In this document: piece after piece, positions 18,421-28,367 of the stretch
Numbering within the stretch: the first letter of the stretch is position 1
Layout of the letters: each line of letters begins with the position of its first letter
Assembly: GCA_040081265.1 (NCBI GenBank)
Contig: JBEBGV010000003.1
Coordinates: 1,115 to 65,114 of the forward strand
Origin: Vicinamibacterales bacterium
GTDB lineage: Bacteria; Acidobacteriota; Vicinamibacteria; Vicinamibacterales; UBA2999
Reading direction: 5' to 3'
Length of the DNA stretch: 64,000 nt
Made by a program: the position numbers and the translations under genes
The notes under the pieces: generated by a model
Told to the model about the DNA's origin: nothing
Database searches by the model: none
Seen by the model: the letters and a program-made list of their open reading frames with translations, nothing else

Positions 18421-19308
18421 TCAGAGGGCGGGAACGAGTGTCATCTGCCCGCAGGAAGACGCGGCGCCGCCGACACCGGTGTTCACAATCGAGAGCAGTC
18501 GCTGCGCAAGATAGCTGTGCCCCGAGTCGTTGGGATGAAAGCCATCGGAGGCGAAGCCTGAGGACGCATAGATCTGCGCGTCGCACATGGCGTCGGCGAT
18601 CAGTACGCGCGAGCCACCCTGACGGTTGACCTCGCGCGAGAAGCCCACCGAGATGTACTGCAGCACCTGGCGCGCCTGCAGGGGATAGCCCGCCGAGTAG
18701 GGGAGTCCCGCCATGTTGGGCACGTTGATCAGGATGACCGTGGCGTTGGGCGCGCGTGAGCGCAGGCCCTGCACGAGTCGGTCGTAGTCGCTGCCAAAGG
18801 CGCGAATCTGGGCGTCCAGGTAGCCCTTCAGGTCGTTGCCCGCTGCGCCCTGGCTGACGGCGTCGCCCAGCGCGTTCACATCGTTGGGTCCGCCGAGCAC
18901 CGTGATGAGGGTGCTGTCGCCAGGTACGAAGGGCAGTTCACGCTCGATGAAGTTGGCGGGAATCTCCCTCCCATATCTCCGTCCCAGCTCATAGATTGTC
19001 GGGCTGAGCACCGCCGCCGGGATGCCAAGGTTCACGAGCGTCACTTCGCGTCCGGTGCGGAGCAGTCGCGCGAGGCTCGGCACGTAACCCGCGCCGTTCT
19101 CGCAGGCGGTGAAGGGCACGCACGGCGCACTGCTGCCGACACCGTTGGCGTCGCTCGCTCCGAGCGCGGCGTACCGCACCGTCGTGCTGGTCGGGGCAGG
19201 TGAGGAGGGCGACGTAGGAGTGGACGGCGATGACGAGGAGCTGCTACCACCGCCGCAGGCGGTAACGAGGACGGCAACGATGAGGATGAGTGCGCGACGT
19301 ATAGTCAT
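18421..19308 (-). CDS. SGNH/GDSL-family hydrolase lipoprotein
   Basis: 295 aa with a lipobox (LVTAC) followed by a Ser/Pro linker. SGNH block I is ALGASDANG, block III is LGGPND and block V is DGFHPN. Confidence 0.75.
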   Translation of the reverse strand: MTIRRALILIVAVLVTACGGGSSSSSSPSTPTSPSSPAPTSTTVRYAALGASDANGVGSSAPCVPFTACENGAGYVPSLARLLRTGREVTLVNLGIPAAVLSPTIYELGRRYGREIPANFIERELPFVPGDSTLITVLGGPNDVNALGDAVSQGAAGNDLKGYLDAQIRAFGSDYDRLVQGLRSRAPNATVILINVPNMAGLPYSAGYPLQARQVLQYISVGFSREVNRQGGSRVLIADAMCDAQIYASSGFASDGFHPNDSGHSYLAQRLLSIVNTGVGGAASSCGQMTLVPAL

Positions 19309-19330
19309 GTGAAGCCTCTACGATCTCACG

Positions 19331-20254
19331 ATGGACAACATCTGTCACACGCTGGTCGGCGCGGTATGCGGAGAAGCCGGCCTGAAGACCCGCTCCAGGT
19401 TCGCCAGCGCGACCTTGATGATTGCGGCCAATCTGCCCGACATCGACGTCGCGGTGTTCGCGACGAGCCTGCCCTCGGTCGCCTTTCGCCGCGGCATCAC
19501 ACATGGCATCCTTGCGCAGGCGCTGCTGCCCCCGCTGCTGGCGCTTGTCATGTGGACGCTCGGCCGGCGGCGACCCGCGCCGGGTGATCCACCGGCTCAT
19601 CTGTGGTGGCTCGTGGCGCTTTCGTATCTTGGCGTCCTGTCACATGTCGGCCTGGATTACCTCAACAACTATGGCGTTCGGTTGTTGATGCCCCTGTCGG
19701 GACGATGGTTCTACGGCGACACCCTCTTCATCATCGACCCGTGGATGTGGGCGGTAATGGGCATCGGGGTGTGGTGGTCGAGGCGGCGCGGCTCCTCCCG
19801 TCCGGCGAGGAACGCGCTGTGGCTGACGGCCGTCTATGTCGTCCTCATGCTCGTGGCGGCAGGCGCGGCGCGCCAGACGGTGATTGACGCGTGGATTGCC
19901 AGGGCTGGTGCGCCTCCGCGGGCGCTCATGGTCGGCCCACGGCCGGTGTCGCCTCTGGTGCGCGACGTGATCGTCGACGCTGGCGATCACTACGTGACGG
20001 GAACGTTCACGTGGCTGCCAGCGTCGGTACGTTTCAACGAGGCGACGGTGCAGAAGAACGACCAGGACCCGGCCGTGGCCGAGGCGCTGCGCGATCCTGA
20101 GGTGCAGGGATTTCTGGTCTGGTCGAGGTTTCCGGCGTTTACGCTCGACCGCTCAGCGGACGGGGTGCTCGTGCAGGTTGGGGATATGCGCTTCTCGGCG
20201 GTGCAGCGCGTCCTGGGTCGGTCGGGGTTCCGCGCGGAGACGGTGGTCAGGTAG
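19331..20254 (+). CDS. YdjM-like membrane-bound metal-dependent hydrolase
   Basis: 307 aa with N-terminus MDNICHTLVGA, motifs PDIDV and THG, and several hydrophobic helices. Confidence 0.65.
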   Translation: MDNICHTLVGAVCGEAGLKTRSRFASATLMIAANLPDIDVAVFATSLPSVAFRRGITHGILAQALLPPLLALVMWTLGRRRPAPGDPPAHLWWLVALSYLGVLSHVGLDYLNNYGVRLLMPLSGRWFYGDTLFIIDPWMWAVMGIGVWWSRRRGSSRPARNALWLTAVYVVLMLVAAGAARQTVIDAWIARAGAPPRALMVGPRPVSPLVRDVIVDAGDHYVTGTFTWLPASVRFNEATVQKNDQDPAVAEALRDPEVQGFLVWSRFPAFTLDRSADGVLVQVGDMRFSAVQRVLGRSGFRAETVVR

Positions 20255-20265
20255 GAGGACATAGA

Positions 20266-21162
20266 ATGGCTGGGATGAAGCTTCTTGGTGCCGCCACGGT
20301 GCTGATCGTCCTGCTGGCGCCGCGACCCGCGGCGGCGTGGGGCTTCGAGGCGCACCAGTTCATCATGGACCGCGCCATCGCGCTGCTGCCGGATGAGATT
20401 CGGCCGTTCTTCGAGCGCTACCGCAGCACGCTGGTCGAGCGCGTCATCGATCCCGACACCTGGCAGACGGCTGGCTTCGACGATCAGGAAGACGCCAACC
20501 ACTTTCTCGACATCGACTGGGACGGCTTCGGGCCGTATCCGTTTGCAGGCCTTCCACGCGACTATGACGTGGCAGTGCAGAAATTCGGCGCCGTGCGCGT
20601 CAAGCAGATGGGCCTGCTGCCGTGGCGAACGGCCGAATATTTCGGCAACCTCCAGCGCGAGTTTGCCGGATATCAGGCACGCGGCCCGTTCGGTCGTCAC
20701 AACATCATTTTCTTTGCGGCGTGGATGACGCACTACGTCTCGGACAGCAACCAGCCGCTGCACACCGTCATGAACTACAACGGGCAGCTCAGCGGCCAGC
20801 CGGGTGTGCACGCGCGGTTCGAGTCGATGCTCTTCGAGCGGAACCGTGCGCGATTGCGCATCGCGCCACAGCCCATGGCCGCGATCGGCAACCCTCGCGA
20901 CTTCATGTTCGACACGATCATCGAAGGCACTCGGCTGGTCCCCGCAATTCTCAGCGCCGACTCGGCAGCGATCGGCACACGCGACGTCTACGATGACGCC
21001 TACTACGACGCGTTCTATGCCGGCGCGTCTGCGGTGCTCGAGCAGCGCCTGTCGCGCTCGATCGCGGCGTCGGCGGCAATGATTGCCGGCGCCTGGGAGG
21101 CGGCTGGAAAGCCAGCCCTGCCGCTGGACCTGCCCGAGCCGGTGCAGCGTCGCCGGCGCTGA
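20266..21162 (+). CDS. S1/P1 nuclease / zinc phospholipase C-like secreted hydrolase
   Basis: 298 aa. A signal peptide is followed by a mature N-terminus AWGFEAHQ and the motif HYVSDSNQPLH, which resembles the S1/P1 zinc-ligand motif H..GD.HQP.H. Confidence 0.55.
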   Translation: MAGMKLLGAATVLIVLLAPRPAAAWGFEAHQFIMDRAIALLPDEIRPFFERYRSTLVERVIDPDTWQTAGFDDQEDANHFLDIDWDGFGPYPFAGLPRDYDVAVQKFGAVRVKQMGLLPWRTAEYFGNLQREFAGYQARGPFGRHNIIFFAAWMTHYVSDSNQPLHTVMNYNGQLSGQPGVHARFESMLFERNRARLRIAPQPMAAIGNPRDFMFDTIIEGTRLVPAILSADSAAIGTRDVYDDAYYDAFYAGASAVLEQRLSRSIAASAAMIAGAWEAAGKPALPLDLPEPVQRRRR

Positions 21163-21183
21163 CCCCGCCTGCACCCCATACGC

Positions 21184-21864
21184 ATGGATGTTTTCGTCAT
21201 TCCCGTTGGACGGGACCGGTACGAGCTCTACTACGAGAGCACCGCGCCGATCGCCGACGCCGGGGCCGGCGAGACCTCGAGCGGATGGATCGCCAGGCTG
21301 CGGGAGCGCTTTGCGCTGATGGTGCGCCAAGCCGAAGACAAGGAAGCCAGCGGCACCGGCCCGGACGCCAGTGAAGGGTGGTGGGACCGCCTCCAGACGC
21401 GCCTGCTGGCATGGGTCGCCGAACGGATTGCCGAGCAGCGGCTGTTGTGGAACCTTCGGCGTGAGTCCGAGGCTCGCCTGATCCATCCTGTCGACCTGAC
21501 GTTCGATCAGGCGCTGACACTGGTCCGGCGGATGCTGAAGCGTGATCACGACCGCCATCGCATCTGGTTTGCCGTCAACGGGATCCTGCTGATCCTGTCG
21601 GCCATCCTGGCCATCGTGCCCGGCCCGAACATGGTGGCCTACTACTTTGCCTTCCGGGTGGTCGGACACTGGCTGTCGATGCGTGGGGCCGCTCAGGGTC
21701 TTCACCGCGTCCAGTGGAACGGTGACGGCAACGCGCGTCTGTCGGATCTCCGGGCCGCGCTGACCCGCGACCACGCCGCACGCACGACGGCCATCCACGA
21801 CATCGCCGGAGCGCTGGGACTGGCAAAGTTGCCGGCGTTCATCGAGCGCGTGGCAACCCGGTGA
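21184..21864 (+). CDS. hypothetical membrane protein
   Basis: 226 aa with two adjacent hydrophobic helices (WFAVNGILLILSAILAIVPGPNMVAYYFAFRVVGHWL). I do not recognise a family. Confidence 0.5.
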   Translation: MDVFVIPVGRDRYELYYESTAPIADAGAGETSSGWIARLRERFALMVRQAEDKEASGTGPDASEGWWDRLQTRLLAWVAERIAEQRLLWNLRRESEARLIHPVDLTFDQALTLVRRMLKRDHDRHRIWFAVNGILLILSAILAIVPGPNMVAYYFAFRVVGHWLSMRGAAQGLHRVQWNGDGNARLSDLRAALTRDHAARTTAIHDIAGALGLAKLPAFIERVATR

Positions 21865-21886
21865 TATCCTGAGCCTCAGTTCCGTT

Positions 21887-22930
21887 GTGAAGCTACGCGC
21901 GCTCGCAGAGCAACTCGGCTGCCGCCTCGACGGCGATGGCGACCTCGACATCACCGGCGTTGCGGGCATCGAGACGGCCGGGCCCGGCCAGATCACTTTT
22001 CTCGCCAACCCGAAATATCAGGGCGTCCTGATGGGGACTCGCGCCTCTGCGGTGCTCCTGCGCGATGATGGCGGCCCGGCGCCGTGCGCCGTGCTCCGTA
22101 CGCAGGAGCCCTATCTCGCCTTTGCCAGAGCCGTCGGCATCTTTGCGCCCGCGTGGCGGCCGACGCCTGGTGCGCACGCCATGTCAGCGGTGGCGACCAC
22201 GGCGACCATCGGCCGCGATGTCGCCATCGGTGCCTTTGTCTCGATTGCCGACGGAGTGCGCATCGGCGATGGCACGGTCATCTTCCCGAATGTCACGATT
22301 GGCCAGGGGAGCGTGATCGGCGCCGACTGTGTCATCCACTCGAACGTCTCCATTCGCGAACGCGTGACGCTGGGTGACCGCGTCATCCTGCAGAATGGCG
22401 TCGTGCTCGGCGCAGACGGCTACGGCTTTGTCCGCCGTTCCGACGGCACCCACGAGAAGATCCCTCAGGTCGCAACCGTCATCCTTGAAGACGATGTGGA
22501 GCTGGGCGCGAACACGACCGTGGATCGTCCCGCCGTGGGAGAAACCAGAATCAAGGCGGGTACGAAGATCGACAACCTCGTGATGATCGGACACGGGGTC
22601 ACTGTGGGCCGCAACGTTCTCATGGCCGCACAGGTCGGGGTTGCGGGAAGCACCGAGATCGGAGACGACTCGATCTTCGGGGGTCAGGTCGGCATCGGAG
22701 GGCACCTGGCGATCGGGCGGGGCACGATCGCCGTGGGGCAGTCGGGCATCACCAACTCCACCGCGGACGGTTCGATGCTGGCGGGGTATCCGGCCATCGA
22801 CAATCGAGAGTGGCGGCGCTCGTCGGTGATCTTCAGACGTCTGCCTGAACTCAAGAAGCGCATCGAGGAACTGGAAGCCAGGCTCGCCGAGTGGACCCGC
22901 CGCGGCGGCGTCGACGGGGAAAGCCGATGA
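21887..22930 (+). CDS. lpxD: UDP-3-O-acylglucosamine N-acyltransferase
   Basis: 347 aa with the LpxD N-terminal domain (ITGVAGIETAGPGQITFLANPKY) followed by a long run of hexapeptide repeats. Confidence 0.9.
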   Translation: MKLRALAEQLGCRLDGDGDLDITGVAGIETAGPGQITFLANPKYQGVLMGTRASAVLLRDDGGPAPCAVLRTQEPYLAFARAVGIFAPAWRPTPGAHAMSAVATTATIGRDVAIGAFVSIADGVRIGDGTVIFPNVTIGQGSVIGADCVIHSNVSIRERVTLGDRVILQNGVVLGADGYGFVRRSDGTHEKIPQVATVILEDDVELGANTTVDRPAVGETRIKAGTKIDNLVMIGHGVTVGRNVLMAAQVGVAGSTEIGDDSIFGGQVGIGGHLAIGRGTIAVGQSGITNSTADGSMLAGYPAIDNREWRRSSVIFRRLPELKKRIEELEARLAEWTRRGGVDGESR

Positions 22931-23709
22931 AGTGGGTCACGGCAATGACCGCGGCGCTCCTGGCCGCTGCCGCCTCGCCGGCTCTTGCACAGAGCCAGGT
23001 CACTCCCCCGGCTGACGGCATCACCTTCCTGTCGCGGTCGTCATTTCATCTGAACGCCGAGCACCTCGCCAGCGACGAGGAGCGGTTTGTCTGGGACACC
23101 AACTTCGGCGGCGACCTCGACCTGATTGACTACGGGTATGGCCGGCTGAACTTTGCCGCCAACTACCAGGCCATTCTTGGTGAGCAGTTCCGTGCCTTCG
23201 ACCCCAATCAGGGCAACTACATCCTGGCCGGTGCATTGACGGCTCGCGCCAGGGGCGTCGAAGTGGGCGGGGTGTTCTTTCACCAGTCACGGCATCTGAG
23301 CGACCGGGCCAAGCGCCAGCCGGTGGACTGGAACATGCTGGGTGTAGGCATCGAGGCGGACCGGAGCGACGGCCGTATCCACCTCCACGGTCGCGGCGAC
23401 GTCCGCAAGGTCGTGCAGAAGTCCTTCGTGGATTACAGCTGGGAAATCGCCTCGGACGGTCGGCTCGAGTACGCGCTCGGGAGCAGGGCCGCCCTTCTGG
23501 CGGCAGGTGGCGTCCGCTGGCTGGGGACCGACGGGACGCAGAATCGCGGGACGCAGACCGGGGCGCGTGGCGAAGGCGGCGTGCGACTCAACGGTCCCGG
23601 AGCCGCTGTTGAGTTCTTCCTTGCAGTCGAGCGTCGCATCGATCCGTATCCGCTCGAGTTCGGCACCAGCACCTGGGCCAGCGTCGGCTTCAGGCTTCTG
23701 AGCCGCTAG
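22927..23709 (+). CDS. hypothetical outer-membrane (beta-barrel-like) protein
   Basis: I trimmed this to the ATG at 22927, which overlaps the lpxD stop (ATGA). It has a signal peptide MKWVTAMTAALLAAAASPALA and an alternating beta-strand-like pattern. Confidence 0.55.
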   Translation: MKWVTAMTAALLAAAASPALAQSQVTPPADGITFLSRSSFHLNAEHLASDEERFVWDTNFGGDLDLIDYGYGRLNFAANYQAILGEQFRAFDPNQGNYILAGALTARARGVEVGGVFFHQSRHLSDRAKRQPVDWNMLGVGIEADRSDGRIHLHGRGDVRKVVQKSFVDYSWEIASDGRLEYALGSRAALLAAGGVRWLGTDGTQNRGTQTGARGEGGVRLNGPGAAVEFFLAVERRIDPYPLEFGTSTWASVGFRLLSR

Positions 23710-23752
23710 GCGGCCGGAGTCTCCGCGGTCGCGTGCCATAATCTCGGCATAT

Positions 23753-25123
23753 ATGGCTGGCCTGTCGCGTGCCTTCGGCGGTCGTCCGGTTGCCCTGGCG
23801 GTTGTCTGCGCGGTGGTCGTGCTCGCCATCGTGCCGGCGCGCGCGGCTGTCCGTCCCCCCCGGCTCCAGTACACGACGACCGTCCTGCCGAACGGACTGC
23901 GCGTCATCCTGTCGGAAGATCACTCGACCCCGATCGTCCACGTGTCGCTCTGGTATCACGTCGGGTCGAAGAACGAGAAACCGGGACGCACGGGGTTTGC
24001 GCACCTCTTCGAGCACATGATGTTCAAGGGGTCAAAGAACGTCGAACCCGACTCCCACACGTCGATCATCGCCAGCATCGGGGGTCGCAGCAACGCCTAC
24101 ACGACCGAGGACGCGACGGTGTTCTGGGAGACCCTGCCGTCGCACTACCTGCCGCTGGCTCTGTGGCTCGAAGCCGATCGGATGGCGACGCTGCGCGTCG
24201 AGTTCGAGGCATTCGACCGCGAACGCGAGGTTGTGAAGGAGGAGCGTCGAATGCGGGTCGAGAACCAGCCCTACGGCCGGCTCTCCGAAATCATCACCGA
24301 CCACGCATTCACGACGCACCCCTACAAGCATGCGCCGATTGGCAGCATGGCCGATCTCCAGGCGGCATCCATCAGTGACGTCCGCGAGTTCCACAGCACC
24401 TACTACGTTCCGGAAAACGCCACGCTCACCATCGTCGGTGACTTCGACTCTGCGCAGGCGAGCCAGCTGGTCGAGCAGTACTTCGGCCGCGTTCCCAAGG
24501 CCGCCAGGCCGGTGCCTCGTGACATCCCCAGGGAGCCGGAGCAGAAGGCCGAACGACGCTTCACGGTCACAGAAGCCTGGCCGCTTCCGGTCGTGGTCGT
24601 CGCCTATCACATCGTCTACGACGGACACGCCGACTCGTATCCACTGCACATCCTGTCGAAGATTCTGTCGGATGGCGACAGCGCGCGCATTCCCCGCGAA
24701 CTCGTCTACAACAAACGCATCGCCCTGACCGCGTCCGGCAGCGGCAACCTCATCGAGGACCCGAACCTGTTCTACGGCGTCGCCATCCTGCAGCCCGGCC
24801 AGACGCCTGAGGTGGCCGAGAAGGCGCTGATCGCCGAGTTCGACAAGTTGAAGGCGGAACCGGTCACCGAACGCGAGTTGCAGCGCACCAAGAACCAGTT
24901 TGCGCGCGACTATGTGCTCGGTCGTGAATCGAACGAAGACAAAGCCTCCGCGCTCGCCCATGCCGCGGTCATCCACAGCGACATCACGACGGCCGACGGC
25001 GAGTTCGACATCTTCATGAACGTGACGCAGGCCGACCTCCAGCGCGTCGCCCGCACGTATTTCACCGAGGCGAACCGGATGGTGCTGTACGTGCTGCCGC
25101 AGGCGGCCGGAGGACGACGATGA
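23753..25123 (+). CDS. M16-family zinc peptidase, catalytic-type subunit
   Basis: 456 aa with the inverted zinc motif HLFEHMMFKGS plus a downstream EERR glutamate region. Confidence 0.9.
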   Translation: MAGLSRAFGGRPVALAVVCAVVVLAIVPARAAVRPPRLQYTTTVLPNGLRVILSEDHSTPIVHVSLWYHVGSKNEKPGRTGFAHLFEHMMFKGSKNVEPDSHTSIIASIGGRSNAYTTEDATVFWETLPSHYLPLALWLEADRMATLRVEFEAFDREREVVKEERRMRVENQPYGRLSEIITDHAFTTHPYKHAPIGSMADLQAASISDVREFHSTYYVPENATLTIVGDFDSAQASQLVEQYFGRVPKAARPVPRDIPREPEQKAERRFTVTEAWPLPVVVVAYHIVYDGHADSYPLHILSKILSDGDSARIPRELVYNKRIALTASGSGNLIEDPNLFYGVAILQPGQTPEVAEKALIAEFDKLKAEPVTERELQRTKNQFARDYVLGRESNEDKASALAHAAVIHSDITTADGEFDIFMNVTQADLQRVARTYFTEANRMVLYVLPQAAGGRR

Positions 25124-26607
25124 GCGGCGCCTTGCGCAGGGCTGTGCTCGCCGTGGTCGTGACGGTCGGAATCGGTGCGTACGCGTCGCTCGCGGCGCAG
25201 ACCCCGGCGCGCGAGTGGCCGTCTGAGCGGGCACCGGCGCCACTGCAGGCGCGCGAAGCAACCTTCCCCCCGTACGAGATGCGCACGCTCGCCAACGGCA
25301 TGCAGGTCGTCACGGTGCTGCATCATGAACAGCCGGTGATCAGCATGCGGCTGCTGGTTCGAGCCGGATCGGCGCGGGATCCCCAGGGGAAGCCAGGTGT
25401 TGCCGACCTCGTCGCGGCGTTGCTCGATCAGGGCACGACCACTCGTTCGTCCGAGGACATCGCCGATCAGATCGACTTCATCGGCGGCGCCCTCGGCACC
25501 GGTGCGGGCTCCGACCTGACGTTTGCCAACACGCTGGTGATGAAGGACTCGTTCGGTTTCGGCATGGAACTGCTGAACGACGTCGTCCGCAACCCGGCCT
25601 TTGCGGCCGAGGAAATCGATCGTCAGAAGGAACAGGGCATCTCGGCCCTGCAGGTGAACAGTCGCGATCCCGACTACATCGCCGATGCGGTGTTCAATCG
25701 CCTCGTCTACGGCTTCCACCCGTACGGCATGCCCGGCGGAGGCACCGCAGAGACCATCGGCCGCATCTCGCGCGAGGATCTGCTGGCCTTTCACCGCCAG
25801 TGGTTTGTCCCGAACAACATGGTGCTGGCCATTGTCGGCGACGTCACGAGCGACGAGGCATTCGGCACCGCCGAGCGGGTCTTCGGCAACTGGGCGCGCG
25901 CGGAGGTGCCTCCGGTTCTCGCGACGGAGCCACCTGCGCCGACGCGGCGCCTGCTGGTGATCGACAAGCCAGACTCGGTGCAGACCGAGATTCGGATCGG
26001 AGCCATCGCCATCCCGCGGCGACATCCCGATTACCTGGCGTGGGATCTGGCGGTGAAGATTCTCGGTGGTGAAGGCGCCAATCGTCTCCACCAGGTGCTC
26101 CGTTCGGCCCGGGGGCTGACCTACGGTGCCGAAGCCGACACCGACGCACGCAAGGACGCTGGCGCCTATGTCGCGCAGACGGACACCCGCACGGCCACGA
26201 CCGTCGAGGCGTTGCGGCTGGCAGTGGACGAGTTCACACGTCTGCAGCGTGAGAAGGTCGGTCTGCGCGAGCTGACCGAGGCACAGGCGTATCTGTCAGG
26301 CAGCTTTCCCCTGACCATCGAAACCCCCAACGAGATCGCCACGCAGATTCTCAATGTGGTCTTCTACGGGCTGCCGGCCAACGAGGTGGGGACGTTCCGC
26401 GAGCGTGTGCTGAGCGTGACGCCTGACGACATCCAGCGCGTGTCGCGCGCCTACATTCGCCCGGATCGCCTGTCGATCGTCCTGGTCGGCAATGCCCGTC
26501 AGTTTGTCCAGCAACTGGCGGGGATGGGCTTCTCCAGTATCGAGATCATCGGCATCGACCAGATCGACCTCATGTCTCCCACGCTCAAGAAAGCCGCCCG
26601 CCGCTAG
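25120..26607 (+). CDS. M16-family peptidase, non-catalytic-type subunit
   Basis: 495 aa with an M16 fold pattern but no HxxEH motif (the equivalent position reads VADLVAALLDQGT). Its start overlaps the upstream M16 gene by 4 nt. Confidence 0.85.
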   Translation: MSGALRRAVLAVVVTVGIGAYASLAAQTPAREWPSERAPAPLQAREATFPPYEMRTLANGMQVVTVLHHEQPVISMRLLVRAGSARDPQGKPGVADLVAALLDQGTTTRSSEDIADQIDFIGGALGTGAGSDLTFANTLVMKDSFGFGMELLNDVVRNPAFAAEEIDRQKEQGISALQVNSRDPDYIADAVFNRLVYGFHPYGMPGGGTAETIGRISREDLLAFHRQWFVPNNMVLAIVGDVTSDEAFGTAERVFGNWARAEVPPVLATEPPAPTRRLLVIDKPDSVQTEIRIGAIAIPRRHPDYLAWDLAVKILGGEGANRLHQVLRSARGLTYGAEADTDARKDAGAYVAQTDTRTATTVEALRLAVDEFTRLQREKVGLRELTEAQAYLSGSFPLTIETPNEIATQILNVVFYGLPANEVGTFRERVLSVTPDDIQRVSRAYIRPDRLSIVLVGNARQFVQQLAGMGFSSIEIIGIDQIDLMSPTLKKAARR

Positions 26608-26619
26608 TCGGGCCTGCGC

Positions 26620-27783
26620 GTGAACGACACGCCCCTTCGGGTCATGCTCTCCTGCGCGGAACCGTCAGGAGACCTGTATGCCGGTGCCCTGACATCGGAA
26701 CTGCGCGCACGTGCGCCAGGCACGCAGGTGTTCGGCTTCGGCGGTGATGGTTTCGAGCGCGCCGGGGGGGAACTGCTCGACCACTTCCGCGGCTTGTCGG
26801 TGACCGGGCTCACCGAAGCGCTGCCGTTCATCCCTCGCTTCTATGGCCTGCTCCGACGACTCAAGGCTGCGGCCGCTGAACGTCGGCCTGATGTGTTTGT
26901 CGCCATCGATGCTCCCGACTTCAACTTCTTCCTGTTGCGGGCGCTGAAGGGGCTCGGCATTCCGGTCATCTACTACATCAGCCCGCAGCTCTGGGCATGG
27001 CGGGCCAGGCGCATGCGGACGATGCAGCGGTTCGTCGACCGTGTCCTGGTCATCTTTCCGTTCGAGGAGGCAATCTACGAGAAGGCGGGTGTGCCCGTCA
27101 CCTTCGTCGGTCATCCACTCGTGGACATGGCGAAAGCCACCGCGACGCGGACAGCCTTCCTGACCGAACTCGGGTTGAACCCGGCTGCACCGACGCTCGC
27201 CATCCTGCCTGGCAGTCGGACCAATGAAGTCGCACGAATTGCGCCGACAATGGCCGGGGCGTTGCCGGGCATCCGAGCGGCGGTGCCGGACCTGCAGTGC
27301 GTCATTGCCTGCGCGCCGCACCTCACCAGCGCGGCGTTCGACGTGTTCGGGACCGGCCCGGGAGCTCCGGCGCGCGTGACCGGCCGGACAGACGATGTGC
27401 TGGCGGCGAGCGATGTGGTGCTCACCGCGTCTGGAACGGCGACCGTTCAGGCGGCACTCCACGAGAAACCCATGGTCGTGGTTTACCGTCTCTCTCCACT
27501 CACGTATCGTCTTGGGAAGCCGCTTGTTCGCGTGGACACCTACGCGATGGCCAACCTCGTGGCTGGAGAGCGGCTGGTGCCCGAGCTGATTCAGGATGAT
27601 TTCACGCCGCAGCGGGTCACTGACGAAGTTGTGACACTGTTGACCAGTTCCGACCGGCACAGCGCGATGCGGCAGGGGTTGCAGCGGGTACGGACGCGCC
27701 TGGGCGCGCCCGGCGCCAGCGGTCGGGCCGCGGACGCCGTCTTGCAAGTAGCTCGTGAGCATCGGAAGAACGTCCGCTTGTGA
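26620..27783 (+). CDS. lpxB: lipid-A-disaccharide synthase
   Basis: 387 aa with the N-terminus RVMLSCAEPSGDLYAGAL typical of LpxB. Confidence 0.9.
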   Translation: MNDTPLRVMLSCAEPSGDLYAGALTSELRARAPGTQVFGFGGDGFERAGGELLDHFRGLSVTGLTEALPFIPRFYGLLRRLKAAAAERRPDVFVAIDAPDFNFFLLRALKGLGIPVIYYISPQLWAWRARRMRTMQRFVDRVLVIFPFEEAIYEKAGVPVTFVGHPLVDMAKATATRTAFLTELGLNPAAPTLAILPGSRTNEVARIAPTMAGALPGIRAAVPDLQCVIACAPHLTSAAFDVFGTGPGAPARVTGRTDDVLAASDVVLTASGTATVQAALHEKPMVVVYRLSPLTYRLGKPLVRVDTYAMANLVAGERLVPELIQDDFTPQRVTDEVVTLLTSSDRHSAMRQGLQRVRTRLGAPGASGRAADAVLQVAREHRKNVRL

Positions 27784-27801
27784 GTCCAAATTGGTACGTA
27801 G

Positions 27802-27822
27802 GGCGGGTCGGAACGACCCGCC
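27802..27822. repeat. REP-like GC hairpin
   Basis: GGCGGGTCG-gaa-CGACCCGCC is preceded by TACGTAG. It lies 19 nt after the lpxB stop. Confidence 0.65.
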
Positions 27823-27836
27823 AGGGAGACCCTCGA

Positions 27837-28367
27837 ATGCGTGTATGGATTGTGATCCTGCTTCTGCTCGCCCCGATGCCGGCGCGTGCCACGGTGGTGC
27901 TTCCGGCAGACTTCGCCACGGTGGTGAACGGTGCGGATGTGATCGTGTCCGGTCGCGTCGTCGATGTGAGGTCGAGGCTGACCGACACCCGAGCGATTGA
28001 GTCGTTCGTCACGGTCGTCGTGAGCGAGACCGTCAAGGGGGCACCGAGCCAGACGGTGACCTTTCGTGTCCCGAACGGTACGGTGGGGCGATACCGGCGG
28101 ATCACCGTCGGTGCGCCTGAGTTTGTCGAGGGCGACCGCGTGGTGCTGTTCCTGCGCGCGCGGGCGCCGAAGGTGCCGACGCTGTTCGGGTTGAGTCAGG
28201 GCGTGTATCGGGTCGCCTCCACAGAGTCCGGCGACATGGTGCTGCCGGCACCGGTGATGGCGCGCGGCGTGGCCGCCGAACGAGTCGTGCGCGGTGACCC
28301 CGCGCGTAAGGCGCTCCCGCTCGACGACTTCCTCCGCCAGGTGCGGACGGCGATGGAGGCCCGCTGA
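27837..28367 (+). CDS. hypothetical secreted protein
   Basis: I trimmed this to the ATG at 27837 (MRVWIVILLLLAPMPARA signal). The track's upstream extension crosses a REP-like hairpin. The stop overlaps the start of the next gene (TGATG). Confidence 0.55.
   Translation: MRVWIVILLLLAPMPARATVVLPADFATVVNGADVIVSGRVVDVRSRLTDTRAIESFVTVVVSETVKGAPSQTVTFRVPNGTVGRYRRITVGAPEFVEGDRVVLFLRARAPKVPTLFGLSQGVYRVASTESGDMVLPAPVMARGVAAERVVRGDPARKALPLDDFLRQVRTAMEAR

Noticed and set aside
18270-18629. 119-aa ORF crossing the heptamer microsatellite (KWEVRS repeats)
   Set aside because: It is an artefact of translating the tandem repeat, and it overlaps the 3' end of the SGNH hydrolase gene in antisense.
19990-22008. 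672-aa ORF on the minus strand
   Set aside because: It spans three well-supported plus-strand genes in antisense. This is a shadow ORF.
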